From Anolis carolinensis (taxonomy: Eukaryota), in the NCBI RefSeq assembly GCF_035594765.1, contig NC_085845.1, positions 22,376,024 to 22,440,023 on the forward strand: a stretch of DNA of 64,000 bases, in the 5' to 3' direction. A program made the position numbers and the translations under genes. How positions within the stretch are numbered: position 1 is the stretch's first letter; every line of letters starts with the position of its first letter. Under the pieces are notes generated by a model. That model ran no database searches. It saw only the letters and a list, made by a program, of their open reading frames with translations, and had not been told where the DNA came from. Of the stretch, positions 49,434-60,987 are shown in pieces.

Positions 49434-51776
49434 AAAGCGTCACCCTAAAAGAATGAGTGAAGTGGGTCATCGTTCCATAAGGATCCTCCTGTAAGCAGAC
49501 CTGGAATTGTATTGATTAGATCCACTGAACTAAAACACAACCAAATGCATTGCATTCAATGGTGTTAGTGAGAACTAACAATGGGTCTCTGGCCAAAGGT
49601 TTCATATTGGAAGACGCTGCAGGAGTTAAGCTGAGCTTAAGATGGTGATATGTCTCCCTGGCTTCTCATGTTGTTCTGCAAGAATCCTCCTTAAGGAAAC
49701 CTTGGATTTTGAGATCTAGATAGGATGAATTTGAGCAGACCCACTCCACGCATAGGAATATTCAATGCAGTCAGTGAGCCTACTCTAATGAGGACTAAAT
49801 GGGTCTTCCCATTGGCGGTGTTGCAGGAGCTAAGCTGAGCTCCTCACCTGGTCGAGTATGTTCTTTTGCAAGGATTCTTCTTAAGGAAACCTTGGTTTTT
49901 TGGGATCTGAATCATCTTGATTAGTGTAGACCCGCTGCATCGATGGGTAAATTCTATTTATTTCATGGGGCTAACAATGGGTTTCTGTCCAAGAGTTTCC
50001 AATGGGGAGGAGATGCAGAAGCTTAACATGGAGATGTATCTCCCCAGCTTCCTGTGATGGTCTTTTTCCCATCTCAGCCTTAGTCCAGATGCCATGGAGA
50101 CTTGAGAACTGAGTCCAAAGAGGACCCTCTTGGAGGAAGGATCTTTCCATTCGTGGTGCCTGAATGGACCCAAGAAAGCACCATTGGCCTTGGATGTCCA
50201 TGGATTACGTGATCTTCTTGCTGCTCCTCAGATCCAATGAACAATCCAACGTGGTCCAGCAAATGAAGGCATCTTCGCCCAACTGGGTCAGTCCTTGGTG
50301 GGAATCATGAATGCATGCAGAGTGAATGGAGAGCCCTGGGGATCCGCCAGATCCAGGTTCAGAGTTGGGCTGAGCTTCTTAGAGGCCTGGTCCACCCCGT
50401 CCAGGAATGGCCAGCGCTTGCCTCAGGTGCTCAATGTCAGCCTGCAGAGCTTCCCTCTTGGCCTGTTCATGGCTCATTTCCGCCTTCAACTCTTCAATTT
50501 CTTTCCGATGCTGGGTTTGCATCAGGCCCATGAGGCCCCTCAGCGTCCGGAGCACGGCCTTGAAGTCATCCATAGATGTCAATGATTAGTCATTTGTGGT
50601 TTTTTCAGGCATTGGATGGGGAGACTGCTGTTCAGGGTTTTGGGGGTTTTCTGCCGGGTTCGAGGGGTGAACAGGCCCTTTCTCAACCAGCTGGTTTGGG
50701 GGCCTCTTGCTGGGCATCTTGGAGCGGTTGGCCGTGGGATGGGTCAGTTTGACCCCAGGAGTCACAACCGCATCCAAAGTGTCAGTTTCTGTCTCTTTGG
50801 CTTTGGCCTTCACTGCAGGGGTGGCAGGGAAGGAAATGGGGCCATTGGAGGACTTTTGTGGTGCCATGGGGGCCTGCTTGGCCTTGGCTGGAACGGGTGG
50901 TGGCAGAGGGGCCGCCTTCTTGGCTGGGAAGGAATTTGTTTTGGGGGTCTCCATCTTCTTCTGCTCCTTGGAGTCTTTGAGGAGGTCTCCAAAGGGTCTC
51001 ATCTCCACCTTGTTGCCTTGGCAGGGCTTTTTGGCTCCTTTGGTTGCTTTGTCAGCCTCCTTCTTTCGCGTTGGCACTTTACTTCTGATCCCAGGATCCA
51101 AGTTGGTCAGCGGCATGACAAAGTTGTCCAGGAAGAGGCCCTTCTTGCCTCGGCTCACTCCTTCCCACCAACCCAAATCCATGGTTTCCTTGTTCAGCAA
51201 CAGAATCAGGTCCCCTTTGCGGAGGAGCAGCTTGTCTTCGTGCTCCGGTTCAAAGTCAAACATGGCCTGACAGTAGCGGGGCGTATCGTTGCTTGGGGGT
51301 GGTTCTTGCGGGGTCCGGATTTTGGGGGTCTCAGGCTCTGAAGGAGAAGTTGCTGGTTTCTCCATCTTCTCAGACTCATCGAGGACGAAGGTTTCGTTGG
51401 TCATTTTGGGCCGCTGTTTCGCTGCACCTCCTTTGGGCTCCAGAAAAGGGGTGTCTAGTGATGGGCCACTAAGCTCTTGCACGAAGTTAGAGGGAAAAAC
51501 TCCCAGTTGTCCTCGCTTCTTCCCCAGCCACCAGCCATCTTCAATCTCCTCCAGGATTTGCACCAGGTCCCCAGTGCTAAGCTCCAGCACGTCTTCCTTC
51601 GTCGGGGCATAAGGGAAAAGGACCCGGCACCAGTGCTGCTTTGCTGTGGCTTTCTTTTTTGCAGCACTGGCACTGTGGAGCGATCGTGGGAATCTCTGGG
51701 TGCCGTCCGACCGGAGGCTGGCTGGGATTTCCTTGAGGAGTGGGCAACAGTCTGGGAAAACAGCCATTTCTGGAGA
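49395..51776 (-). pseudogene. Processed (intronless), 5'-truncated SH3D21-like retrocopy: two SH3 domains, Pro/Lys-rich linker, C-terminal coiled coil, 3' UTR
   Basis: ORF 51767-50586 has SH3 motifs IEDGWWLGKKRGQLGVFPSNFV and GWWEGVSRGKKGLFLDNFV, and KEIPASLR resembles recalled SH3D21 QEIPETLR. After an in-frame TAA (50588-50586) the same frame continues into a coiled coil ending at 50379. No introns. Flanking direct repeat cttggagNtatatat (49380-49394 / 51777-51791). Confidence 0.85.
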
Positions 51777-52512
51777 CTTGGAGATATATATATATATATG
51801 CTGCCCTCAATCACTGAATAGTTATGAAATTTGACAAATTATGTTGATGAATAAATTAACTTTAAAAATGTGTGGGAAGGAATGGAAAAATCAATCTAAT
51901 TGCTTGAAAAGTCACAGCCATCTATATTATGTTAGACTATGATCTGGTCTAGAGAAAATGGATGACTATTTAGTCAATTCAAAATGTGCCTGGAAACTCT
52001 AGAATGGCTTCCTCCTTGCTGTCCTTAACTAGCAATAGAAGACTTCTTTTGTTCCAACATGTTTTAAAAATAGACTGAAACGGGCTTTAATTGTGTGCTG
52101 CCTTGTTGATTTTTATCTTCTGTATTTCATGAATTTTAAAGTTTTCATTCTACATAATATTTAATTGAATTTTAAAATAACCTTTACTTATCTTAAAACA
52201 GGGGCGGGAAATCTTAGAAGACGTGTAGGCTAATTTTCTACCCTAAGATTCACCAACAAGTCACAGCAAATCCAAATGAAGAAATAGCCTTTTTCATTGA
52301 CTTTAAAAGGCAAAGACACAAGGAGTTTGAGAGATTTGGCATAAGGGAGAATCCTGATTTCTAGAACACAATTTTCTATATTTTTATAACAATAAGAACT
52401 ATTGAAGGCTGAAAAAGCAGTGAAGGCTACAGAGTTTTAGTCCAATGCTCAAACCACTACATCATGTTAGCTCTCATGATCTGAACTTGCTTTAATATTT
52501 GAAGTGCAAGTA

Positions 52513-52824
52513 CAGTGTTCCTTCACTACTTCGCGGTTCACTTTTTGCGGATTCATTGTTTCAATAAATTCTAAGACTTATAAATCATAAAAATTAGGAA
52601 GGGAGGACAGAGAAGCTAAAGGGAGAGAAAAGGAGCCCAAGCGGCAACGGGAGGAGGAGGAGGAGATTTATCAACACATGATTGGTTGATAAAACTTAAA
52701 ATAGTGTATAACTACTAAAATAACGTATAAATATTAAAATAAATATAGTGGCTCTACTTCGCGGAATTTCACTTATTGCGGGTGGTCCTGGAACCTAAAT
52801 CCCGCGATAAGTGAGGGAACACTG
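52513..52824. mobile_element. Tc1/mariner-type MITE (same family as 242-636)
   Basis: TIRs cagtgttccttcact / agtgagggaacactg, TA TSD. Confidence 0.88.
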
Positions 52825-54393
52825 TATTGGGCAAAAAGTAGGATGAAATAATGATGACAATTTACAGAATATACATGATAAAAGTAAGACCGTTTTTTTT
52901 ATTAATCATGCCACTTCTGTGTCCCCCACCCAGAATATGTCCAGGATGTCATATAATTCTATTTTTACATTTTTTTGGACAGAGCTAGCTCTTAAAACAC
53001 TGGGAGATATGATCTGTATTATATGCATAATACTGTACATAGGCAATCATGAGTAATCTCACTTTCTAGTGAAGGTAATGAAGTCTCTAAGTACTGCCAT
53101 GCATCTGCGATATGACGTGCCTGTTACAAATAATCTTGTCTCTTCACAACAGCTGGCTGCTAAGATGTTCAGAGGCAAAGAAACTGATAAATTCTTCTTG
53201 AGAACAGCAAGCTGATGAATACTACAGCTATCAGAAATCTGATTTACAAAAAAACTAAACCATCTCTCTAATAAATTATTAATCCTATCCCACACCAGGA
53301 AATAAGACAGCAAAGGAAGAAATGGGCAAATAAAATAAGGTTAATTGTACACTGTTTTACTCCCTGTTGTTTTCAGGCAGTTTTGCAGAGCTTGGATTCC
53401 AAGCTATGGCTACAGATAACACACAGAGTGTGGGGAGAAATAGGCAACTAAAATGAATGACAGGCCCCTTGTTATTAAACAATGACAACCATAAGTAAGC
53501 TGGCAAGACATTTGCCTCTGACAGAGAGGGAGTATTATGAAGTTTGTGTCTGTGTGTGGAGAGGGAATTAAGCATCATTAGCTATCAAGTTTTCTGCTGA
53601 TCAGCAAAAGTATATTTCTGTAAGCTCTTTATCATGGAAGAGCTCTGTCACTGAGGCACATTCTTCAAATACGTATTTAGTGCAAATTGCTGATATATAC
53701 CTAGTTTCTAAAAATATGAAGGTATGTGGAACTCAATAACTCAAAAGTAATATGACAGCTGTTTCCCAAAGTTAGTGGTATTTTGTGTATGAACAATACA
53801 GCTCAAAGGCCAAAATCAGATGGTAAAATTTTGTTTTCATTGGTAGACATATTCAGACTTTCTCTAATTCCTCTCCTTGCTGCAGCCCCGTGCCACCAAA
53901 AACCAGTTCCAAAAAACACGACACTCCCGCAAAGCAGATTTCTAAGTGTACATGGGAGAGTAGGAGGAGGACAGATTGTATATTCCAGCAAAAACAGGAG
54001 ACTCTATGCCTGGACCATGGTGAAAAAAAGTTTAAAATATCCCCCAAAATTCAGAGAAAGTGAATTAAGCCTGTGCTAGGTAAGGTTTGTACTCAAACTG
54101 GAAATATTTCAGAAGCACAGTTCAAAATCCCTCAATCAAGAATGGCTTCTGGTCACCGACTGTGCTAACTGGGAATTGTAGTCCTAAAAATTAATTTTTC
54201 CAATTTTCAGTTGAGCATACACTTATGGTGAATTCTTCTCCAGTGATCATCATAACTTTGTCTCAATTCAGCTTAATACTCTATCCCATTTTAGTTCTAT
54301 TTATTTCAAGGAGACAAGTAGAAGTACACCTCAGTTAAAAAAGCAGATGTGTTCCTGGGAATTACTTCTTTAAGAGAAAATTTGGTACTACAG

Positions 54394-54528
54394 CAATGGT
54401 TCTCAACCTGGGGTGCCCAGATGTTTTTGGCCTACAACTCCTAGAAATTTCAGCCAGTTTATCAGCTGTTAGGATTTCTGGGAGTTGAAGGCCAAAAACA
54501 TCTGGGAACACCAGGTTGAGAATCACTA
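54394..54528. mobile_element. Short palindromic hAT MITE (same family as 35336)
   Basis: Same hairpin structure; TSD tactacag / tactagag. Confidence 0.88.
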
Positions 54529-55299
54529 TACTAGAGAAAGATAAAGCATGGGAAGAATAGAAATAGATTCCTATACCACAAAAACATGTTTCAGAAACAT
54601 TTTTTAATCCAAAGCCAACATTATGCACATGTGAAATGAATCCCCTCAAAGAGAAAGGCAGGGTAATAATAATGATGATAATAATAATGATAATAATAAA
54701 CAATTCTGTGGTATTCTGGCAGAAATTGATCAAAGTAATATTCGAGGACCTAGCTAGGTGATAAAGGTTTTCTTTCCAGGTATTTTCTGGGTCCCTCAGC
54801 ACAATTCTATGGTATGATTCTGTCATTATCTGTGGTTTCACTTTTAAGCAGTAAATCCAGAAATGTATCCTTTGGAGCTAAGAGATATTAGTGTACATGC
54901 TAGACATGATATGCAACCCTTCTAGTGTACTGAGATTATGTGTATCAGGATGTCTTGCACAATGTCTTAATGTGCAATTGGACTCATGGAGCTGTGATGT
55001 TTGTCTCACAATGGGGCTGATTGCACAACGGACATGCTGCTAACGCTGGTAGTGTAATAGCCCAAGACATATAGCTATCTCTGGTCCTCTCCTGAGAATA
55101 CAAATATTGCCCAATGGTGCAATTCCCCCTGATGTGTTTGTAAGTTGTTTTGTGATTATGTAAATATCTAACAAGATAAAGGTATACTATGTCAAGGACT
55201 GTATGTTCACCCTTGTAGCTTGCTCAACACAAGCACCCCAATTTTCTATCAGCAGCAGTCAGAAAGTCTCCACTATTGCCTCTCTAATATGGTTTGTTC

Positions 55300-55790
55300 A
55301 GACCTCACCTGAAATAATGTGTTCAATTGTGGACACCACAATTTAAAGAGAGATATTGACAAACTGAAATGTGTACAGAGGAGCGCAACAAAAGTGATCA
55401 AAGGTCTGGAGACTGCCTTTGAGAAGCTGCTTAAAGAGCTAAGTAAGCTTATTCAGCATAAGGGAAAGTTGAAAGGAGACGTGATAACCATATACAAATA
55501 TTTGAAAGGATATCATAAGGAAGAAGAAACAGGCTTGTTTTCTGCTGCCCTGGAGACTAGGGATCAGAGCAATGAGTTCAAATTACAGGAAAGGAGATTC
55601 CACCTGAATGTTAGAAAGAACTTCCTGAATGTAAGCGCTGTTCAACGGTGGACTGCCTTGGAGTGAGGTAAAGACTCCTTCTTTGGAAGCTTTCAAACAG
55701 GCTGGATTTCCATCTGTTGGGATGCTTTGATTGTGTTTTTCCTGCATGGCAGAGGGTTTGACTGGATGGCCAACTCTATGATTTCATTAT
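55300..55790 (+). mobile_element. CR1 LINE 3' fragment
   Basis: Translation KRDIDKLKCVQRSATKVIKGLE...YKYLKG...KLQERRFHLNVRKNFL is a typical CR1 ORF2 C-terminus. Ends ...actctatgatttcattattcta. Confidence 0.88.
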
Positions 55791-55989
55791 TCTAATTTCA
55801 ATTAAATGAGACAAAAAGCAATGGTATAAAAAGTAGGGTTGTGTATGGATCCATTTTCAAAATGGTCTTCGGCTAGTTCGGCTGGCCCTGCTGCCGTTCT
55901 TTTTTCCAGCCACAACAAAACAATGGCTGTTGAAAAACTGCTGTTTTCAGTTTCTTTGGGCTACATGTGGAGTGCAGGGAGGGAAGCCA

Positions 55990-56230
55990 CTAGAAGGGAA
56001 AAGATCCCAGAAAGGGTGGTTATTAAGCCTGTTTCCCTAAACCCAGATTGACTTGAATGACAGAAGGGAAAGGATCTGAGGAAGGGGGAGTGTTCTTAGG
56101 CTCTTGCCTTAAACCCAGGTCTCCTTGAAAGACAGAAAGGAAATGGTCCCAGGAAATGGAGTTCCTTAAGCCTTTGACTTAAACCCAAGTCTTCTTGAAA
56201 GACAGAAGGGAAAGGATAGCAGAAAGGGTG
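55990..56230. repeat. About 70-bp degenerate minisatellite, about 3.5 copies
   Basis: taaaccca...cttgaa.gacagaa.ggaaa recurs at about 56038, 56110 and 56180. Confidence 0.8.
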
Positions 56231-57078
56231 GAATGAAGGAAAAGGGAGCCTCATACATTCCCCATTGCCACCAATGGGCCGGATCTTCCCAGATCTTTTG
56301 GTTGCCAAGCTGAAAATGGCTTTTTTTTTTCCATTAGGCGATTCCAGAAAACAGAACCAGGTACCCGCCAAAATTTGGATTGTGGTCCAGACGAATTGCA
56401 CAATCTTAATAAATAGTGTAACCATCATGAGTAGAGGTTCATCTTTTCATTTTTCACAGGTGGGCTTCTTGCTCTGAACAACTACTGCTCCCCCCCTTCT
56501 GCTAGGTAGGGTCACTTTCATATGAGAAATTAAATAACCTCCCAATGTGTTTTAACTGCTATTAAATAAAACAGGCATTGAACATTAAAAAAAACAGTTT
56601 ATTCTTCCTTTGTTCTATCTTTGTATCAGATCACAGCATGCACTTTCTTGTAGCTGTGCAGCTTGAATGATGCACCATATGCACAGTCATAGTAAAACAA
56701 AACAAAGCAGTTTTGAGGGGGAAATATGACATCTCTTTTAAATTATGTATGTGAATGCTTGTTGTTTTCACTGCTAGCATGTAGGAAAGGGTGGGGATGG
56801 TTGGGTGGGAAGTAGTGCAGATGCATTAATACATTCTAACTGGAGTTCTCTCTGAGAGATAACAGAATTTTGCTGTGCTCTTGGTTTCCTATAAAGGGAA
56901 TGAAACTGAACTGCCTGTAGCTCTGCCTAGTGGGCCATTCTAATTGACTCTGAAGTCATTAATCAGTTCCCAATCAATCTATGCTACCAACAGCAGGCTG
57001 TTAGATCTCCATTACCACCCATTTATCATGCCATTGCCTAATTCACTGCACCATTAGCCACAGATTAGACCTCAGTTA

Positions 57079-57291
<213 letters not shown>

Positions 57292-58217
57292 TTATTTTGT
57301 GCAAGTGATAACTAGGACTGGAGCAGAACATCACTGCACCAGAATTTATAAAATATACTCCATCCTAATTCATACTTCCAAAACGACCATGTGGATTGGA
57401 CCACTGTTTTACTTCAGACTGTCAATTTCTGAATTTTACAGTATTCCTTGCAGCTCAAGAATTACCTGTGAATAAGGGTCTATTAGTCTCCGTTCTATTT
57501 GTAAAAATGAAGCTTTAGGGAAAAGATGAGGTATAAATATGAAAGCAATAAAAAGTAATAGAATATGATAGGGAAAGGTTGCATGCAAAATGTGTGCATT
57601 AAAGACAGTTCACTGTGGGAAGAATATATTAGAGAAAGCTGAGTACCAAATACACAGAGAAGGCTGCAAATGAAAATAAATATAAATTTGTGTGTTTAAA
57701 AAATGCAGACTGAGGCAGAAATTGGGCAGAACAAATTTATGAGAGGATATGTTAAATTCATGACTTGGAATGCACTATTCCATTTACTCTTACTTAAAGT
57801 ACCAGAAATAAAATGCCCACTGTTGTGATGGATGTGGTACAAATGCAGAAATGATGCAAGGTCTTTGTCCTTGGCATATAACATCTCTTATTTTCCAAAT
57901 GGATTTCTAAAAGAGGAAAGGGAAGTATTACTCCTTGCTGTAAATTTCTAGGCAATGAAAGCCAGGCTATCCAAAGAAGGGGTTTGCCGTCACTGCTATG
58001 GTCAAATCATCCCCTCAAAGGGATCTTTGCCAGGTATCTTTTTATGAGAGACATTAAAGACTGAGGGGAACATAAAGTGCTGTGACTGCCCAGACTCAAC
58101 TTGTGTTCTATTTCTGGTCACTAATGTAACAGAATCTTGACAACTCAATTTTTTATAGATATAAATTAATTTGAAACACAGAGAACTTTTTGCAATATAC
58201 AATTCCTTATTTCCCAG

Positions 58218-58340
58218 GAGACGACCAGCATAGTATAGTGGTTCGAGCACAGGACTTATGACTCCAGAAACCAGGGTTCAAATCTCTATTCGTCCATGTA
58301 AACTCACTGGGTGACCTTAGGCAAATCACACTTTCTGAGG
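58218..58340 (+). mobile_element. tRNA-derived SINE 5' part
   Basis: A-box-like tagtatagtggtt and B-box-like gggttcaaatct, then aactcactgggtgaccttaggcaaatcacact. Confidence 0.7.
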
Positions 58341-59919
58341 TTTGTATGATGAAAAATCAAATATTGGAATGCTTGTCCCTCTAATTTGTTTTTGAAATGT
58401 AATTGGAAACAATTTCTTAGCCAGATAAGAAGTCACTTGAGAGTGCTTCCCAGATCAGCTGCTGAAATGGCACAATGCCATTTTGCTTTATTGGCATGAT
58501 TCCATAATGCACTGAATGAGGTTGCTGGGTATACAGCACTATTAACAAATAGATGACCTAATGCCTTAGTATAATTAAATTACTTTTATCAACTGAGTTC
58601 AGTGAGAAACCACAGGAAAGCTAAAGCAGTGTAGAATCTACTTAGGTTCTTTATAAAATACTGTTGTGAAAAGGAAATTAAACTGCAGACACATAAATTG
58701 CAAGATTTATATCAACTTAAGAAGTGCAATCTAATAGAGGCCAGAGATAATATGGTCCTTCTGAGGTTCTCATTTTCTTTACTCTTTGAAACCTATCATC
58801 AACTACAGTTATGTCTCCATACTTGTGAGTGAAGCACTCACAGATTTGATTATTTGTGGATTATTGTAATTACCTTCACTTCCACTGTTTGTTTTATATG
58901 CTCCTGAGACATGTGTTTTATCTAGGCATTTCTATTTGATGCATTTTCACCAGAATTTGTCCATAGAATCACGCTGGAGGACATAAAAGGCTTATTGAAG
59001 TGTGTTCTCACCTAAAAATATATTAGCAAGCATATATTCATTTTTTTTGCTCCTAACACAGAGAGATTTTGTGCCCCTAACTTCTATGAATATTGAGGAG
59101 TTCCTGTACAATCCTGCAATTCTTACTACCAATATTACTAGTTGAATGTAATGGTTAACTTTTCATTTTACTTTGCTTTACTTAAATCTGTTTATAGAAT
59201 CTATATCCATATTTGACATACACAAAAATGGTTTTGACTAGCATTCTAACCTGAGCCATTTTCAGCAAAGTAGAAAGTGGCTTCACTAAATTTAATGGCT
59301 GCTTTTCTATTGGTCTCAAGTTGGAGAATAGTTGTATTTAAAGGAACTGCTGGAAGGCTGGCACAACCATGAGGCAAGATGAGGGAGCTGTACCACAGGG
59401 CTGTGTTTTCAGAAGGCATCCAAAATCATATTGTCTCTGATTATAAACATTTTTCCCCCATTAAACTGTCCTCAAATTTCTAGTATTGTAAAGAGAGATA
59501 CACTGAAAATCTCTCATACCTAGAACACTTACATGTATTGCATTAGTATTCCCTTGTGAACTTTGCTCCTTTTCTTCAGATGGCAAAACTATTTCTAAAT
59601 GCACAAGTAAAGTTTATGTTACTGTAATGCTAGAAATTTGAGGAGAGAAGGAAGATTTCATGGTGATGGAGGGGAGAATTATTATTGTAGGTCTCATCTC
59701 CCTATAGCTATACTCCTGCGGCATTAAGAGATCGTTTCTACAAACTGAGGAATAACAGTGCTGAGTCCCCACTCTTCACATCTGTAGACTCTATCTCATA
59801 ACGTGGGAACATTTTCAGGACACTTCCTCCTCGGAGCCTCACGCTGCCCATCACACGATGTTGTGTGAAGGGTCCGCCCCCAACTGGGGTGGAAGCATCC
59901 TTGGATGCTTCCCCCCAAT

Positions 59920-60198
59920 CAGGCATGTAGCCAGGGGGACGGGGCTTGAGGGGCTTCAGTCCCCCCCCCGAAATTCTCAGAGTGGTCCGCGAGAAGGCCT
60001 TACATTTATTATTTAAACTGTTATGTTTATTCATATCATGATCTGATCACCATGCTCAATATATCCCATATGCATGGGGGTATTGGGATAACGATACAAA
60101 AGTTTGCCAGGGTAGATCCTCCGCCATCCAAACTCAGCGCCCCACCCCCAAAGCAAAATTCCAGCACCCCCCAAATCAAAATCCTGGCTATGGGCCTG
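59920..60198. mobile_element. Non-autonomous hAT-like element
   Basis: TIRs caggcatgtagccagg / cctggctatgggcctg; 8-bp TSD cccccaat / cccccaac. Confidence 0.8.
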
Positions 60199-60568
60199 CC
60201 CCCAACACACACTTTCCCTATGTTATGAGGAAGAATTGCCACACTGGAGTGATGTGCAGGGTGACAGAGACAATACCCATTCTTAGCTACATTCACCTTC
60301 TTGCTTAGGACCTGGGGAATATCTTTCTGTTTGAATAAGTTGCTTTTCCCACAGGCAGAGCACACATAATATTAGGACAGAACGTGACTAGGGTTGCCAT
60401 ATTCCACTATCTGCTATCCTGGCATATGATTTGATTTTTTTAAAAAAAATTCAGAAAAATAGCTTTGCATTCTAAATATGCAAATAATGCACATTAAATT
60501 GTGCATTTTTTAATGTTTCCTCTAGGTTTTAACAGTTATGACTTTTCTTTTCTTTTTCAATTATGGTA

Positions 60569-60666
60569 TAGGTAGTCCCCAAGTTACAAACAAGATATGT
60601 TCTGTTGATTTGTTGTTAAGTTGTATGAATGTTAAGTTGGAACAGGTACATTTTAAAGCGTAGCTC

Positions 60667-60707
<41 letters not shown>

Positions 60708-60987
60708 ATGTTTGTTTTGTTGTCTGGGTCCCTGCTTGGGTCCCTGTTCAAAAGATTTTACCTCACTTTCTGTCCCTGTGAGAATTGGAGTTTGAAAAAA
60801 AATGGCTTGTTGTGAAAACAAAGATTGGCGATAAAGCTTCAATGGAGACATCTTTTCCCCTTGATAACTCTTTCAGGAGTTAATGTCCCTTCCAAGGGCT
60901 AGATTCCTCTCATTTCCTGTTATCTCAGCTCCATTCTTAACTATGAGTCATTTATAAGTCGGATATTTGTAACTCGGGGACTGCCTG
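60569..60987. mobile_element. Tigger-like MITE containing (CTAT)n
   Basis: TA|taggtagtccccaagttacaaa ... tttgtaactcggggactgcctg|TA. Confidence 0.82.

Noticed and set aside
50586-51767. 393-aa ORF as an intact functional gene
   Set aside because: 5' SH3 truncated, in-frame stop before the coiled coil, damaged SH3 consensus residues, and the ATG lies about 10 nt from the insertion junction.
50295-51834. Several long plus-strand ORFs (241, 187, 114, 107 aa)
   Set aside because: Antisense shadows of the GC-rich SH3D21-like coding sequence; no domain signal.
58218-58300. tRNA gene
   Set aside because: A/B-box-like only; no cloverleaf, and it continues into a SINE body.
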